The notes under the pieces were generated by a model, which saw only the letters and a program-made list of their open reading frames with translations, was not told the DNA's origin and ran no database searches. The translations under genes were made by a program, and so were the position numbers. From Bacilli bacterium (GTDB taxonomy: Bacteria; Bacillota_I; Bacilli_A; RF39; UBA660), in the NCBI GenBank assembly GCA_022795155.1, contig JAAWGF010000001.1, positions 74,826 to 138,825 of the forward strand: 64,000 nt of DNA, written 5' to 3'. Shown in pieces: positions 9,104-17,959 of this stretch; the stretch's first letter is position 1; each line of letters opens with the position of its first letter.

Positions 9104-10930
9104 ATGTCGAAAATAATGGTCATGGATGAAATTTTGGCTAATAAAATTGCGGCTGGTGAAGTCGTTGAAAAGTGTGCTTCAGTTGTCAAAGAATTGGTTG
9201 AAAATAGTATTGATGCTGGTAGTAATGAAATTAAAATAGAACTTATTGATGCTGGTACAAAACAAATTAGAATTATGGATAATGGTAGTGGTATGGATAG
9301 GGAAGACGCTATTTTAGCCTTTTCCCGCCATGCGACAAGTAAACTAAAAACAGAAGATGATTTATATCGAATTGAAACATTGGGATTCCGTGGTGAGGCT
9401 TTAGCTTCCATTGCGTCTGTTAGTAAAATTGAATTAAAGACGTCAACTGGTGGGGTTGGTACGTCAGTAATTATTAATGGTGGTAAAATTGAAAATGTTA
9501 ATGAATCTGATTCACGGGTTGGAACAGTTATAACTGTCAGTGATTTATTTTATAATACACCAGCCAGATTAAAGCATTTAAAAAGTTTATATACAGAGTT
9601 AGCTAATATTACTGAATATGTTAATAAAATGGCTTTATCGCATCCTGAAATCAAGTTTATTTTAATAAATAATGGTAATACTATTTTAAATACCGATGGA
9701 TCTAGTAATTTGCTAAAAACAATTTCGTCTATTTTTGGAATTAACATTGTCAAAAAAATGGTAGAAGTAACTAATGAAGATAATGATTATATTGTAAGTG
9801 GTTTTATTACTTTACCAGAAGTTATGAGATCTAGTCGAAATGGTATCATAACTTTAGTAAATGGACGCGTAGTTAGAAATGTCGATATTAATAGAATTAT
9901 TAATGATAGTTATCATGGTTATAAACCAGATAATCGATATCCAATTGTCGTATTAAATATTGAAGTTGATCCAAGTTTGGTTGATGTTAATATTCATCCT
10001 ACTAAGATGGATATTAAATTTGGTAAAATGGATGAATTATTATCTTTAATTGAAAATATGATAAAAAAAACTTTAAAGAAACAAATGTTAATACCTCATA
10101 TTGAGGTTCCTTCAAATACTAACTTTATTGGCTTTGATGTTAAGGATAGTATTGAAGATAAAGCAGAAATGGAAAAACCAAAATATGAAGAAATAACTTT
10201 GGATTTAGAAAGAGTTGGTGAAGAAGAAACTTCATATTTATCTTCAAGTTTAGAAGATAATCGACAAATAAATAGTGCTGAAACGCAAGAAAGAACGATT
10301 ACTGATGAAAATCGTTTATTTGATATTGAAGAAAGTACTGAAAAACTACCAGAATTATATCCAGTTGGTCTAGTTCATGGCACTTATATCATTTGTCAAA
10401 ATGAGCGTGGTATGTATTTAATAGATCAACATGCCGCTAAAGAAAGAATTAATTATGAATACTATCGTGAAAAATTAGGAAATCCAAAACCAGATTCAAT
10501 TTCGATGTTAATACCTCTTACAATTGAATTTCCAAATAATGAATATATGATTTTAAAGGAAAACTTTTTGATTTTAGAAAATATGGGTTTTGAAATTGAT
10601 GAATTTGGCGTTAATTCAATCGTGATAAAAGCTCACCCAACTTGGATTCCTATTGGAAATGAAGATAAAGCTATTAATTTAATTCTTGATTTGGTTATTA
10701 ATAAAGAAAAAGATTTTTCGCTTGCTAAATTTAATGAGCATGTAGCTGCTACAGTTAGTTGCAAGGCATCAATTAAAGCTAATGAGAATATTACTTTAGA
10801 AGAAATGGAAAATTTAATAAGCGATTTACGAAAATGTAAAAATCCGTTTAATTGTCCACATGGGCGTCCTACAATGATTTATTATTCAAAATATGATTTA
10901 GAAAAATTATTTAAACGAAGTGGTTTTTAA
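9104..10930 (+). CDS. mutL: DNA mismatch repair endonuclease MutL
   Basis: NKIAAGEVVE, GFRGEALASI, DVNIHPTK, DQHAAKER, SCK and CPHGRP motifs. Start moved from 9056. Confidence 0.98.
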   Translation: MSKIMVMDEILANKIAAGEVVEKCASVVKELVENSIDAGSNEIKIELIDAGTKQIRIMDNGSGMDREDAILAFSRHATSKLKTEDDLYRIETLGFRGEALASIASVSKIELKTSTGGVGTSVIINGGKIENVNESDSRVGTVITVSDLFYNTPARLKHLKSLYTELANITEYVNKMALSHPEIKFILINNGNTILNTDGSSNLLKTISSIFGINIVKKMVEVTNEDNDYIVSGFITLPEVMRSSRNGIITLVNGRVVRNVDINRIINDSYHGYKPDNRYPIVVLNIEVDPSLVDVNIHPTKMDIKFGKMDELLSLIENMIKKTLKKQMLIPHIEVPSNTNFIGFDVKDSIEDKAEMEKPKYEEITLDLERVGEEETSYLSSSLEDNRQINSAETQERTITDENRLFDIEESTEKLPELYPVGLVHGTYIICQNERGMYLIDQHAAKERINYEYYREKLGNPKPDSISMLIPLTIEFPNNEYMILKENFLILENMGFEIDEFGVNSIVIKAHPTWIPIGNEDKAINLILDLVINKEKDFSLAKFNEHVAATVSCKASIKANENITLEEMENLISDLRKCKNPFNCPHGRPTMIYYSKYDLEKLFKRSGF

Positions 10931-11033
10931 TCATTATTTTTTAACGTTATAAAGATTGCCTGCTTTATTGAAAAAACATTATCTTGTAAGGTATACTAAT
11001 CATGTAATGTTTAAAGAATAAAGGAGGAAAAAA

Positions 11034-12509
11034 ATGAAAAAAGTAGTAAGCATTATGGCAGTAATAGCGACCTTTTTTATGTTTGGTAATAAAAATGTAA
11101 ACGCGCTAGAGAAAACTTATTGGGAGAAATTTTTTGAGGAAAGGTATAGTGATGGCATCGATTATGGTGAAGGTGGTTGTAGTTCTTCAACTAATGGCTT
11201 ACATAATTGGGGAGATGTTAATCGCACATTTCATTTAGAGTATGGAGGATGTGGCGATGCAACGGTTTATCTTGAATTTCAACCAGTGTACTACACTGAT
11301 AATGTTATTTTTAATGATGTAGAAAATGTTACAGTTAAAAGTAGTGATGAGACTATTATAACTGGTGAAGTAAAAGCATATGATTTCAGTAAAGAAAAAG
11401 AAGCATTTAATAATTATATTAAATGGTATAATGAATTAACTTTTGATGAATTTAAAGAACATTTAATTAATGCAGGTCATGAAGATTGGGCAGCATCTTT
11501 TAAAGAAAAACCAATTTGGTGGCTATATAATGGATATGAAAGTGAACCAACTTGGTGGACAATGTATGGCTTTATGTCTGAACCTACAAAAGCAGTTGAA
11601 GTAATTACTTATGCTAAAGACTTAGGAAATGCTACTTTAACAGTAAGTGCTAAAGATAAGGAAGATATTCATATTAATTGGACAATGGATATAGAGTATA
11701 TAGAACCAGATGGTATTGTTCAAATTTTAAATAATCTTGAGCGCTACAAAGATATTATCAAAGAAAGAGAATATTATGTATCAGATAAAAAAGAAAACTA
11801 TACATTTATGGTAGCATCCGATAATAATCTATCTAGTTTAATTAATACTTTAAAAGGTAAAGATATTAAACTTTTATTTAATAACTATAGTGAAGTAGGA
11901 GAAACCAATTATATCTTAAATGGTAAAGATATTACTAATACTGTTAGTGAAGGTTTTACTTATGAAAGTAAAATATCAATGGAAACATCAATAAATAAGG
12001 ATAAAATTAATAGTTTAACTGAATTAAAAGACGCGATTTATATTGATTTTACTTATCATGGTAATCTTCCAACAACTTATAAATTAAATGTTAATATAGA
12101 AGATTATATTATTGGTTCATTTGTTGAACAATTAGGTTGTTCACAATATAATTGGGATACAGATCCTGAAAATTATACAAAATGTTGGAGTGATGTATGG
12201 AATAAAGCCCATGAATATTTTGAAAATACAACCTTTGACTTACTATATTACAATCCAGAAACTGAAAAAATGGAAGTTGTAACAAAAGGATTAAAAGCTA
12301 AAGATGGTTTTGTAGTATTAGAATTTGATCATTTCTCATCTTATGTCTTAGTAGCAAATGGCAATTATACAATTACTAATAAGCCAAAAGCCCCAAATAA
12401 TGCTCAAACATCGTCAATGAATGTTTATTTATATATTGGTGTAGCTTTAGTATCATTAGTTGGAATTAGTTATTTATTAATTAAAAAAAGTAAAAAGAAA
12501 ATAGCTTAA
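11034..12509 (+). CDS. Secreted cell-wall-anchored protein, likely sortase B substrate
   Basis: Signal peptide; C-terminal NAQTS, TM helix and KKSKKK tail; adjacent to a class B sortase. Confidence 0.7.
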   Translation: MKKVVSIMAVIATFFMFGNKNVNALEKTYWEKFFEERYSDGIDYGEGGCSSSTNGLHNWGDVNRTFHLEYGGCGDATVYLEFQPVYYTDNVIFNDVENVTVKSSDETIITGEVKAYDFSKEKEAFNNYIKWYNELTFDEFKEHLINAGHEDWAASFKEKPIWWLYNGYESEPTWWTMYGFMSEPTKAVEVITYAKDLGNATLTVSAKDKEDIHINWTMDIEYIEPDGIVQILNNLERYKDIIKEREYYVSDKKENYTFMVASDNNLSSLINTLKGKDIKLLFNNYSEVGETNYILNGKDITNTVSEGFTYESKISMETSINKDKINSLTELKDAIYIDFTYHGNLPTTYKLNVNIEDYIIGSFVEQLGCSQYNWDTDPENYTKCWSDVWNKAHEYFENTTFDLLYYNPETEKMEVVTKGLKAKDGFVVLEFDHFSSYVLVANGNYTITNKPKAPNNAQTSSMNVYLYIGVALVSLVGISYLLIKKSKKKIA

Positions 12510-12523
12510 TAGCTATTTCTTTC
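12494..12523 (+). terminator. Hairpin/terminator overlapping the stop codon
   Basis: AAAGAAAATAGCT-TAAT-AGCTATTTCTTT. Confidence 0.55.
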
Positions 12524-12537
12524 ATTTTAGGTGAATT

Positions 12538-13302
12538 ATGAAAAAAAAGAGGCGAAAATTAAAAATTGAAAGTATTATTATCTTACTATTAATAATAATC
12601 TTTTTACTATGCTTAATAAAACTTATAATTTTTTTAGTTGATATACGTTCAAATAAGAAACAAAATGATGATTTAGTAAATGATGTTATAAGTATAAAAA
12701 CAGAACATAATATTAATACAGGTGAAGATGAAGAAAAAATAACTATTGATTTTGATAAACTATTATCGATAAATAAAGATACGGTTGGGTGGATAAGATT
12801 TAATAGTGATAAAGTAAATTATCCAATTGTTCATACTAATAATAATGATTATTATTTAAATCGATCTTTTGATGGTAAAATTAATCAAGCTGGCTCTATA
12901 TTCATGGATTATCGAAATACTTCTTTTGATGATAGAAATGTTGTTTTATTTGGTCACGCTATGATTGATAATTCAATGTTTGGAACACTTAAAGATATTC
13001 ATGATATTAATTTTTTTAATACAAAAGAAAATAATTATATTCAAATTATAAATAGACAAAATGAAGTTTTTATATATCAAATATTTAGTTATTATTTAAT
13101 TGAAAAAGAAGAATATTATATAACAACTTCATTTAATAATGATACAGAATTTCAAACTTTTCTTAATACAATTAGTAGTAGAAGTTATCGATATTTTAAT
13201 GTCGAAGTAAATATAAATGATAAGATTTTAACTTTATCAACATGTGTGGGAACAGGAAATACAAGTGAAAGAAACGTTATTCATGCGAAAAGAATAAATT
13301 AA
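12538..13302 (+). CDS. srtB: Class B sortase
   Basis: N-terminal TM, DTVGWI, NYPIV, DYYLNR, GSIFMDYRN, FGHAM, TLSTC catalytic motif and downstream Arg. Confidence 0.9.
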   Translation: MKKKRRKLKIESIIILLLIIIFLLCLIKLIIFLVDIRSNKKQNDDLVNDVISIKTEHNINTGEDEEKITIDFDKLLSINKDTVGWIRFNSDKVNYPIVHTNNNDYYLNRSFDGKINQAGSIFMDYRNTSFDDRNVVLFGHAMIDNSMFGTLKDIHDINFFNTKENNYIQIINRQNEVFIYQIFSYYLIEKEEYYITTSFNNDTEFQTFLNTISSRSYRYFNVEVNINDKILTLSTCVGTGNTSERNVIHAKRIN

Positions 13303-13311
13303 AATTATTTA

Positions 13312-13341
13312 TTGACATAGTCATAAATTAGATGTTATGAT
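13312..13341 (+). promoter_or_regulatory. SigmaA-type promoter with extended -10
   Basis: TTGACA-N18-TATGAT with TG at the extended position. Confidence 0.7.
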
Positions 13342-13371
13342 ACATATTGTTAAATTAAGGGAGAGAAACCT

Positions 13372-13716
13372 ATGTATCAAAGTTTAAATTTAGAAGAAAT
13401 AAAAAAATTTTTAAAACATACCAAGCAGGATATTATTATTACCAAATTAAATCGGAATATTGTAGCTAGTGAATTTCATCTTATTGGAATTTTAGAACTT
13501 TTGAAAACATATGAAAGTTTAAAAATTAATGGTTTAACTTTATCTACTGAACAATACTTTTGGTTAAAAAATTCAAATGTAGATATTTTAATGTTTTCAA
13601 TTATGGCTGCATTGGGTATTATGTGGTATTCTTATCAAAATAATCTAAATGATTTATATGAAATAAGAGAAGATTTGCAAATTGAACACGATAAGCATTT
13701 TATTTTAGAAAAATAA
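13372..13716 (+). CDS. Hypothetical protein (ORFan) with one hydrophobic segment
   Basis: AGGGAG RBS, own promoter, terminator over the stop codon. Confidence 0.75.
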   Translation: MYQSLNLEEIKKFLKHTKQDIIITKLNRNIVASEFHLIGILELLKTYESLKINGLTLSTEQYFWLKNSNVDILMFSIMAALGIMWYSYQNNLNDLYEIREDLQIEHDKHFILEK

Positions 13717-13737
13717 GTTTAAGATAACTTGTTTTTT
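13709..13737 (+). terminator. Intrinsic terminator overlapping the stop codon
   Basis: AAAAATAAGTT-TAAGAT-AACTTGTTTTT. Confidence 0.65.
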
Positions 13738-13745
13738 AATTTTTA

Positions 13746-13775
13746 TTGACAAAATATTAATATTTATGTTATATT
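13746..13775 (+). promoter_or_regulatory. SigmaA-type promoter, copy 1 of a repeated promoter
   Basis: TTGACAAAATATTAATATTTATGTTATATT. Confidence 0.7.
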
Positions 13776-13805
13776 GGAAAAGTCTGTTTGAAAAGGGGGA
13801 TAATT

Positions 13806-14135
13806 ATGAATACGATAGATTCAAAATTTAAAATTTCAAATAATAATTTAAAAGCGATAGGGAAAACTCCATCTACAAAAACGGGAGATACTTTTGCCAA
13901 ATTAATTAAATCGGGTTTAGCTTCAAGTACATCAGTATCTGAACATTTTATTTGGCAAACATATAATGTAATTTGTGAGCATATTTCAAATAGTGAATTA
14001 AGTAAGGGTCAATTAGTTGCTATATTACCAACTGTTAATGATGCTTTAAAAGCATATGCTGATAGAATAGAAGAAGCCGTTAATTGTGAATTAATTGAAA
14101 GGCCAAAGTGGTTAGTATATAAAAAGTCATTGTAA
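13806..14135 (+). CDS. Hypothetical protein (ORFan)
   Basis: AGGGGGA RBS before ATG 13806; ends KKSL inside the terminator stem. Confidence 0.75.
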   Translation: MNTIDSKFKISNNNLKAIGKTPSTKTGDTFAKLIKSGLASSTSVSEHFIWQTYNVICEHISNSELSKGQLVAILPTVNDALKAYADRIEEAVNCELIERPKWLVYKKSL

Positions 14136-14148
14136 TAATGACTTTTTT
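14121..14148 (+). terminator. Intrinsic terminator overlapping the stop codon
   Basis: Perfect 11-bp stem AAAAAGTCATT-GTAAT-AATGACTTTTT. Confidence 0.75.
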
Positions 14149-14159
14149 ATTTATGACTA

Positions 14160-14189
14160 TTGACAAAATATAATAATTTATGTTATCTT
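14160..14189 (+). promoter_or_regulatory. SigmaA-type promoter, copy 2 of a repeated promoter
   Basis: TTGACAAAATATAATAATTTATGTTATCTT; 26/30 identical to 13746-13775. Confidence 0.65.
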
Positions 14190-14216
14190 AGAATACTTTA
14201 CCAAAAAGGAGGTGCG

Positions 14217-14456
14217 ATGATGATTGAATCGTCAGATTTAGCTAATTTAAAAGAAGCGGCTCGTGATTTGAAAAGTGCCATAAAAGCAAATACAGAAATA
14301 ACTAAAGAAAATAAATTGTCATTAGATATGAATAATTTATTAATGCTAGTTAATTTAGGAATAATATCAAAAGATGATTTAATAGGAACCGAAGTATGTA
14401 AAGACTATATTTCTAAAAGTATTCCTAGCCAAAAGAAAAAGTCATTATTTAAATAA
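14217..14456 (+). CDS. Small hypothetical protein (ORFan)
   Basis: AGGAGGTG RBS before ATG 14217; the ORF-track start at 14160 is the promoter -35. Ends KKSLFK. Confidence 0.75.
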   Translation: MMIESSDLANLKEAARDLKSAIKANTEITKENKLSLDMNNLLMLVNLGIISKDDLIGTEVCKDYISKSIPSQKKKSLFK

Positions 14457-14465
14457 TGGCTTTTT
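14436..14465. terminator. Bidirectional terminator between convergent genes
   Basis: AAAAAGTCATTATT-TA-AATAATGGCTTTTT. Confidence 0.7.
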
Positions 14466-14775
14466 ATATTAATTGATTTAATTTTTGAGATAATTCATTA
14501 CACTTTTGTGTAACTTTATTTTCTTCTGCTTTTTCTAAAGAATACCAACCTTTTTTAAACATCATATTGTATAATTCTCTTTGTGAGTTTTTAATTTCGA
14601 TAAAAAGCATAAGAATTTCTTCATATAATGTATTATTACTAGCTTCATTTAAAGCGATACTTAAATTATCAGACATATTTTTTTCAGTTTCTAATATGTC
14701 ATTTATATAATCACGATCGTTCATCTCTATCGTTTCTGGTACTTCTACTTTAGGGTTTTCTATTTTTTGATTCAT
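14464..14775 (-). CDS. Spore coat protein, Coat F domain
   Basis: MNDRDYINDILETEK...EASN..L...QRELYNMMFKKGWY matches the Coat F pattern. Confidence 0.8.
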   Translation of the reverse strand: MNQKIENPKVEVPETIEMNDRDYINDILETEKNMSDNLSIALNEASNNTLYEEILMLFIEIKNSQRELYNMMFKKGWYSLEKAEENKVTQKCNELSQKLNQLI

Positions 14776-14785
14776 GTAATTTCTC

Positions 14786-14992
14786 CTATCTTAAAATATT
14801 TACTAACTTTCGGCAATGTTCCGCATGCATTTGACTTACTCTTTCAATTAGTTCTTTAATTTCAGGATCAATTATTTCATTAGCAAAATGCTGAGCTTTT
14901 TTACTAGCAATAAAATTCCATTCAAACATATCAGCTATATAAGCTAGGTCTTTGGTTGAAATCATTAATGGTACTGTATTCAAAAAAATCAT
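14786..14992 (-). CDS. Small ferritin-like spore coat-associated protein, partner of the Coat F gene
   Basis: STKDLAYIADM...KKAQHFANEIIDPEIK...MHAEH; GGAAAGGA RBS before ATG 14992. Confidence 0.7.
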   Translation of the reverse strand: MIFLNTVPLMISTKDLAYIADMFEWNFIASKKAQHFANEIIDPEIKELIERVSQMHAEHCRKLVNILR

Positions 14993-15114
14993 TCCTTTCC
15001 AAATATATACTGTCAATTTAATTTCGATAATATTCAAAAATATAATAAATACTATATTTTTATCAAAAAACATAGTATAATAAGGTAAGAAATTTATTAG
15101 ACGGGATTGATAAT

Positions 15115-16809
15115 ATGAAATTAAAAAATAATTTTTTTTATACCATTAGAGAAGATATTAAAGACGAGGAATCAATTAGTGGTAAATTACTAGTAAGAAG
15201 TGGTATGATTAAAAAAAATAGTAATGGTATTTATATGTATACACCATTAGGGCGACGTGTTGTCAAAAATATTGAGGCCATTGTTCGTGAAGAAATGGAT
15301 AGATGTGGAGCAATGGAGGTTAGTATGCCTTCGTTAATTCCCGAAGAGATTTATATTAATAGTGGACGTAGAATGATTTTTGGTGATAATATGTTTACTT
15401 TAAAAGATCGTTATGACCGCCCATATTCTTTAGGACCAACTCATGAAGAATTATTTGTTGAAATGGCTAAAAGTCAAATAAAATCTTACAAAGATATGCC
15501 TTTTAATTTATATCAAGTGCGTACAAAATTTAGAGATGAAACACGTCCAAGATATGGTCTTATTCGTACACGTGAATTTACAATGAAAGATGCCTATAGT
15601 TTTGATGCCAACTTAGATTCTTTAGATAAATCATATGAAATAATGTTTAATGCTTATAAAAATATTTTTGATCGTATTGGTCTTAATTACAAAATCGTTA
15701 GAGCTGATACAGGCGCAATGGGGGGCTTACTTTCAGAAGAATTCCAAGCCATAACTGATATTGGTGAAGATATATTAGTTTTATGTGAAACTTGTGATTA
15801 TGCTTCTAACATTGAAATTAGTGAATGTGTTCCTAAATGCGAAGTTGCTACTTGTGAAGAAAGAGTAAAAGAATTAGTCTACACACCTAATATTGGATCA
15901 ATTGCTGATTTAGAAAAAAGTTTGAATATTCCAAACAGTAAAATGGTTAAAACTTTAATTTATAAAGTAGGTGAAGAATTAGTTGCTTGTCTTATTAGAG
16001 GCAATCGTGAGCTTAATGATGTGAAACTGTCTAAATTATTTAATGTTCCTGAAGTTGTTTTAGCTAGTGAGGAAGAAGTTCAAAATGTTACTGGTGCTAA
16101 AATAGGTTTTGCTGGACCAATTGATTTAAAAATTAAAATTATTATGGACCGTGAAGTTCAATATATGAAAAATTTCTTAGTCGGTGCTAATAAAACAGAT
16201 TATCATTATGTTGGCGTTAATTTACGAGATTTTAAATATGATTTAGTGGCGGATATTGTCAATGTTAAAGAAGGAGATATTTGTCCTAATTGTGGTGGAA
16301 AACTATATTTTAAAAAAGGGATTGAAGTAGGGAATACTTTTAAATTGGGTGATAAGTATTCTAAAAGCCTTGGATTACAGTATTTAGATCAAACTAATAC
16401 ACAACAATATGTTCAAATGGGGTGTTATGGTATTGGTATTGAAAGAGTTATGGCAGCAGTTGCCGAACAAAATCATGATGAATTTGGTCTAATTTGGCCA
16501 ATCAGTATTGCTCCATATAAAGTCTCAATTGTTTTAATAAATGAAAATGATGATAAACAAAAAGCCGTTGCCGATAAATTATATAATGATTTAATATGTA
16601 ATAATATTTCAGTTCTTTATGATAATCGTGATGAGCGACCTGGAGTTAAATTTAATGATATGGATTTAATTGGTATACCAATAAGAATTACTATTGGTAA
16701 AAAGGTAAATGAAAACTTAGTTGAATTTAAATTGCGAACTGACAATCAAGCAATTGATATAAATGTTCTGGAAGTAATAGATAAAATTAAAAGTATTTGT
16801 TTAAATTAA
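15115..16809 (+). CDS. proS: Proline--tRNA ligase
   Basis: LGPTHEE, FRDETRPRYGLIRTREF, INS editing domain, GIEVGNTF, MGCYGIG. Confidence 0.98.
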   Translation: MKLKNNFFYTIREDIKDEESISGKLLVRSGMIKKNSNGIYMYTPLGRRVVKNIEAIVREEMDRCGAMEVSMPSLIPEEIYINSGRRMIFGDNMFTLKDRYDRPYSLGPTHEELFVEMAKSQIKSYKDMPFNLYQVRTKFRDETRPRYGLIRTREFTMKDAYSFDANLDSLDKSYEIMFNAYKNIFDRIGLNYKIVRADTGAMGGLLSEEFQAITDIGEDILVLCETCDYASNIEISECVPKCEVATCEERVKELVYTPNIGSIADLEKSLNIPNSKMVKTLIYKVGEELVACLIRGNRELNDVKLSKLFNVPEVVLASEEEVQNVTGAKIGFAGPIDLKIKIIMDREVQYMKNFLVGANKTDYHYVGVNLRDFKYDLVADIVNVKEGDICPNCGGKLYFKKGIEVGNTFKLGDKYSKSLGLQYLDQTNTQQYVQMGCYGIGIERVMAAVAEQNHDEFGLIWPISIAPYKVSIVLINENDDKQKAVADKLYNDLICNNISVLYDNRDERPGVKFNDMDLIGIPIRITIGKKVNENLVEFKLRTDNQAIDINVLEVIDKIKSICLN

Positions 16810-16872
16810 TTATTGACTAAAAATTAAAAAAATGGTAAATTTAAAGCATTGAGTTTTATAAGGGGAATAAGT

Positions 16873-17709
16873 ATGTTAGATATTATTGTGGATACTTTAA
16901 AAGATGCTTTAAAATTATTACCGTTTTTATTTTTGACTTTTTTAATTATTGAATATATAGAACATAAAGTAAATAGTGAAAAAATAATTAAAAAGATGCG
17001 AAAATATGGACCATTTTTAGGTGGATTGTTAGGGGCTTTTCCGCAATGCGGTTTTAGTGTTTCAGCTACTAATTTTTATATTACCCATGTTATAAGTTTG
17101 GGAACACTAATTGCGGTTTATTTATCAACAAGTGATGAAATGTTACCAATCATGTTAGCCCAAGGTGTTGATGGTTTTACTATTTTTAAAATTATTTCAT
17201 TAAAGGTTATAATTGGTATAATTTTGGGTCTTATAATTGATTTCTTTTTAAGAAGAAAAAAACAAAATGTTGAAATAAAAGAATTATGTGAACACGAAAA
17301 TTGTGATTGTAGTCATAGTATTATTTTGTCTTCTTTAAAACATACTCTTAATATTTTAGTTTTTCTGCTTATTATTTCTTTTATTCTAAATACTTGTTTT
17401 CATTATTTAGGTGAAGAAGTAATTTCTAAAATATTTTTAAAAAATAGTCCTTTATCATCCCTAATATCTAGTATTGTTGGTTTAATTCCTAATTGCGGAG
17501 CAAGTATTATCATTACGGAATTATATTTAAATGGAACAATGACGTTTGGTTCCGCTATGGCTGGTTTATTAACTGGTAGTGGAGTCGGAATTTTAGTTTT
17601 ATTTAAAAATAATAAAAATTTAAAAGAGAATATGTTTATATTATTGCTTATTTATGTAATAGGTGTTATAAGTGGCATTTTACTTGATTTAATTAGTATT
17701 CTTATTTAG
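16873..17709 (+). CDS. Putative multi-TM metal (Mn/heavy-metal) transporter
   Basis: PQCGFS, STSDEMLP and IPNCGAS motifs; Cys/His linker CEHENCDCSH. Confidence 0.7.
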   Translation: MLDIIVDTLKDALKLLPFLFLTFLIIEYIEHKVNSEKIIKKMRKYGPFLGGLLGAFPQCGFSVSATNFYITHVISLGTLIAVYLSTSDEMLPIMLAQGVDGFTIFKIISLKVIIGIILGLIIDFFLRRKKQNVEIKELCEHENCDCSHSIILSSLKHTLNILVFLLIISFILNTCFHYLGEEVISKIFLKNSPLSSLISSIVGLIPNCGASIIITELYLNGTMTFGSAMAGLLTGSGVGILVLFKNNKNLKENMFILLLIYVIGVISGILLDLISILI

Positions 17710-17785
17710 TCTCTAACATTATTAGTTTAGTAAACATTGCTTTTTTGAAGAGTATCATATAATTAAATTATCAAGGGGGGTATTT

Positions 17786-17899
17786 ATATTAAGATTGGAT
17801 TTTTGGTTACTTAAATAAATAATGGGGAAAACTAATTTTACTCAAGAAAAATTTAATATTAATTATAAGGTTTTATCGTCTAGTCGATTATTCGGCTAG
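17786..17899 (+). other. Candidate decayed small ORF or small-RNA unit
   Basis: GGGGGG RBS, ATA start, in-frame TAA, ATG 17822 and TAG inside a terminator hairpin (17879-17910). Confidence 0.3.
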
Positions 17900-17959
17900 A
17901 TTTTATTTTACAAAATTTGATACTAATGTTATAATAGTTAATATTTAAGGAGAGAGTAT

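Noticed and set aside
6868-9753. Antisense ORFs 6868-7155, 9067-9411 and 9550-9753
   Set aside because: Overlap spoIIGA/sigE and mutL.
13312-14465. Classical integron array
   Set aside because: No attC-type RYYYAAC...GTTRRRY sites recognised and no integrase.
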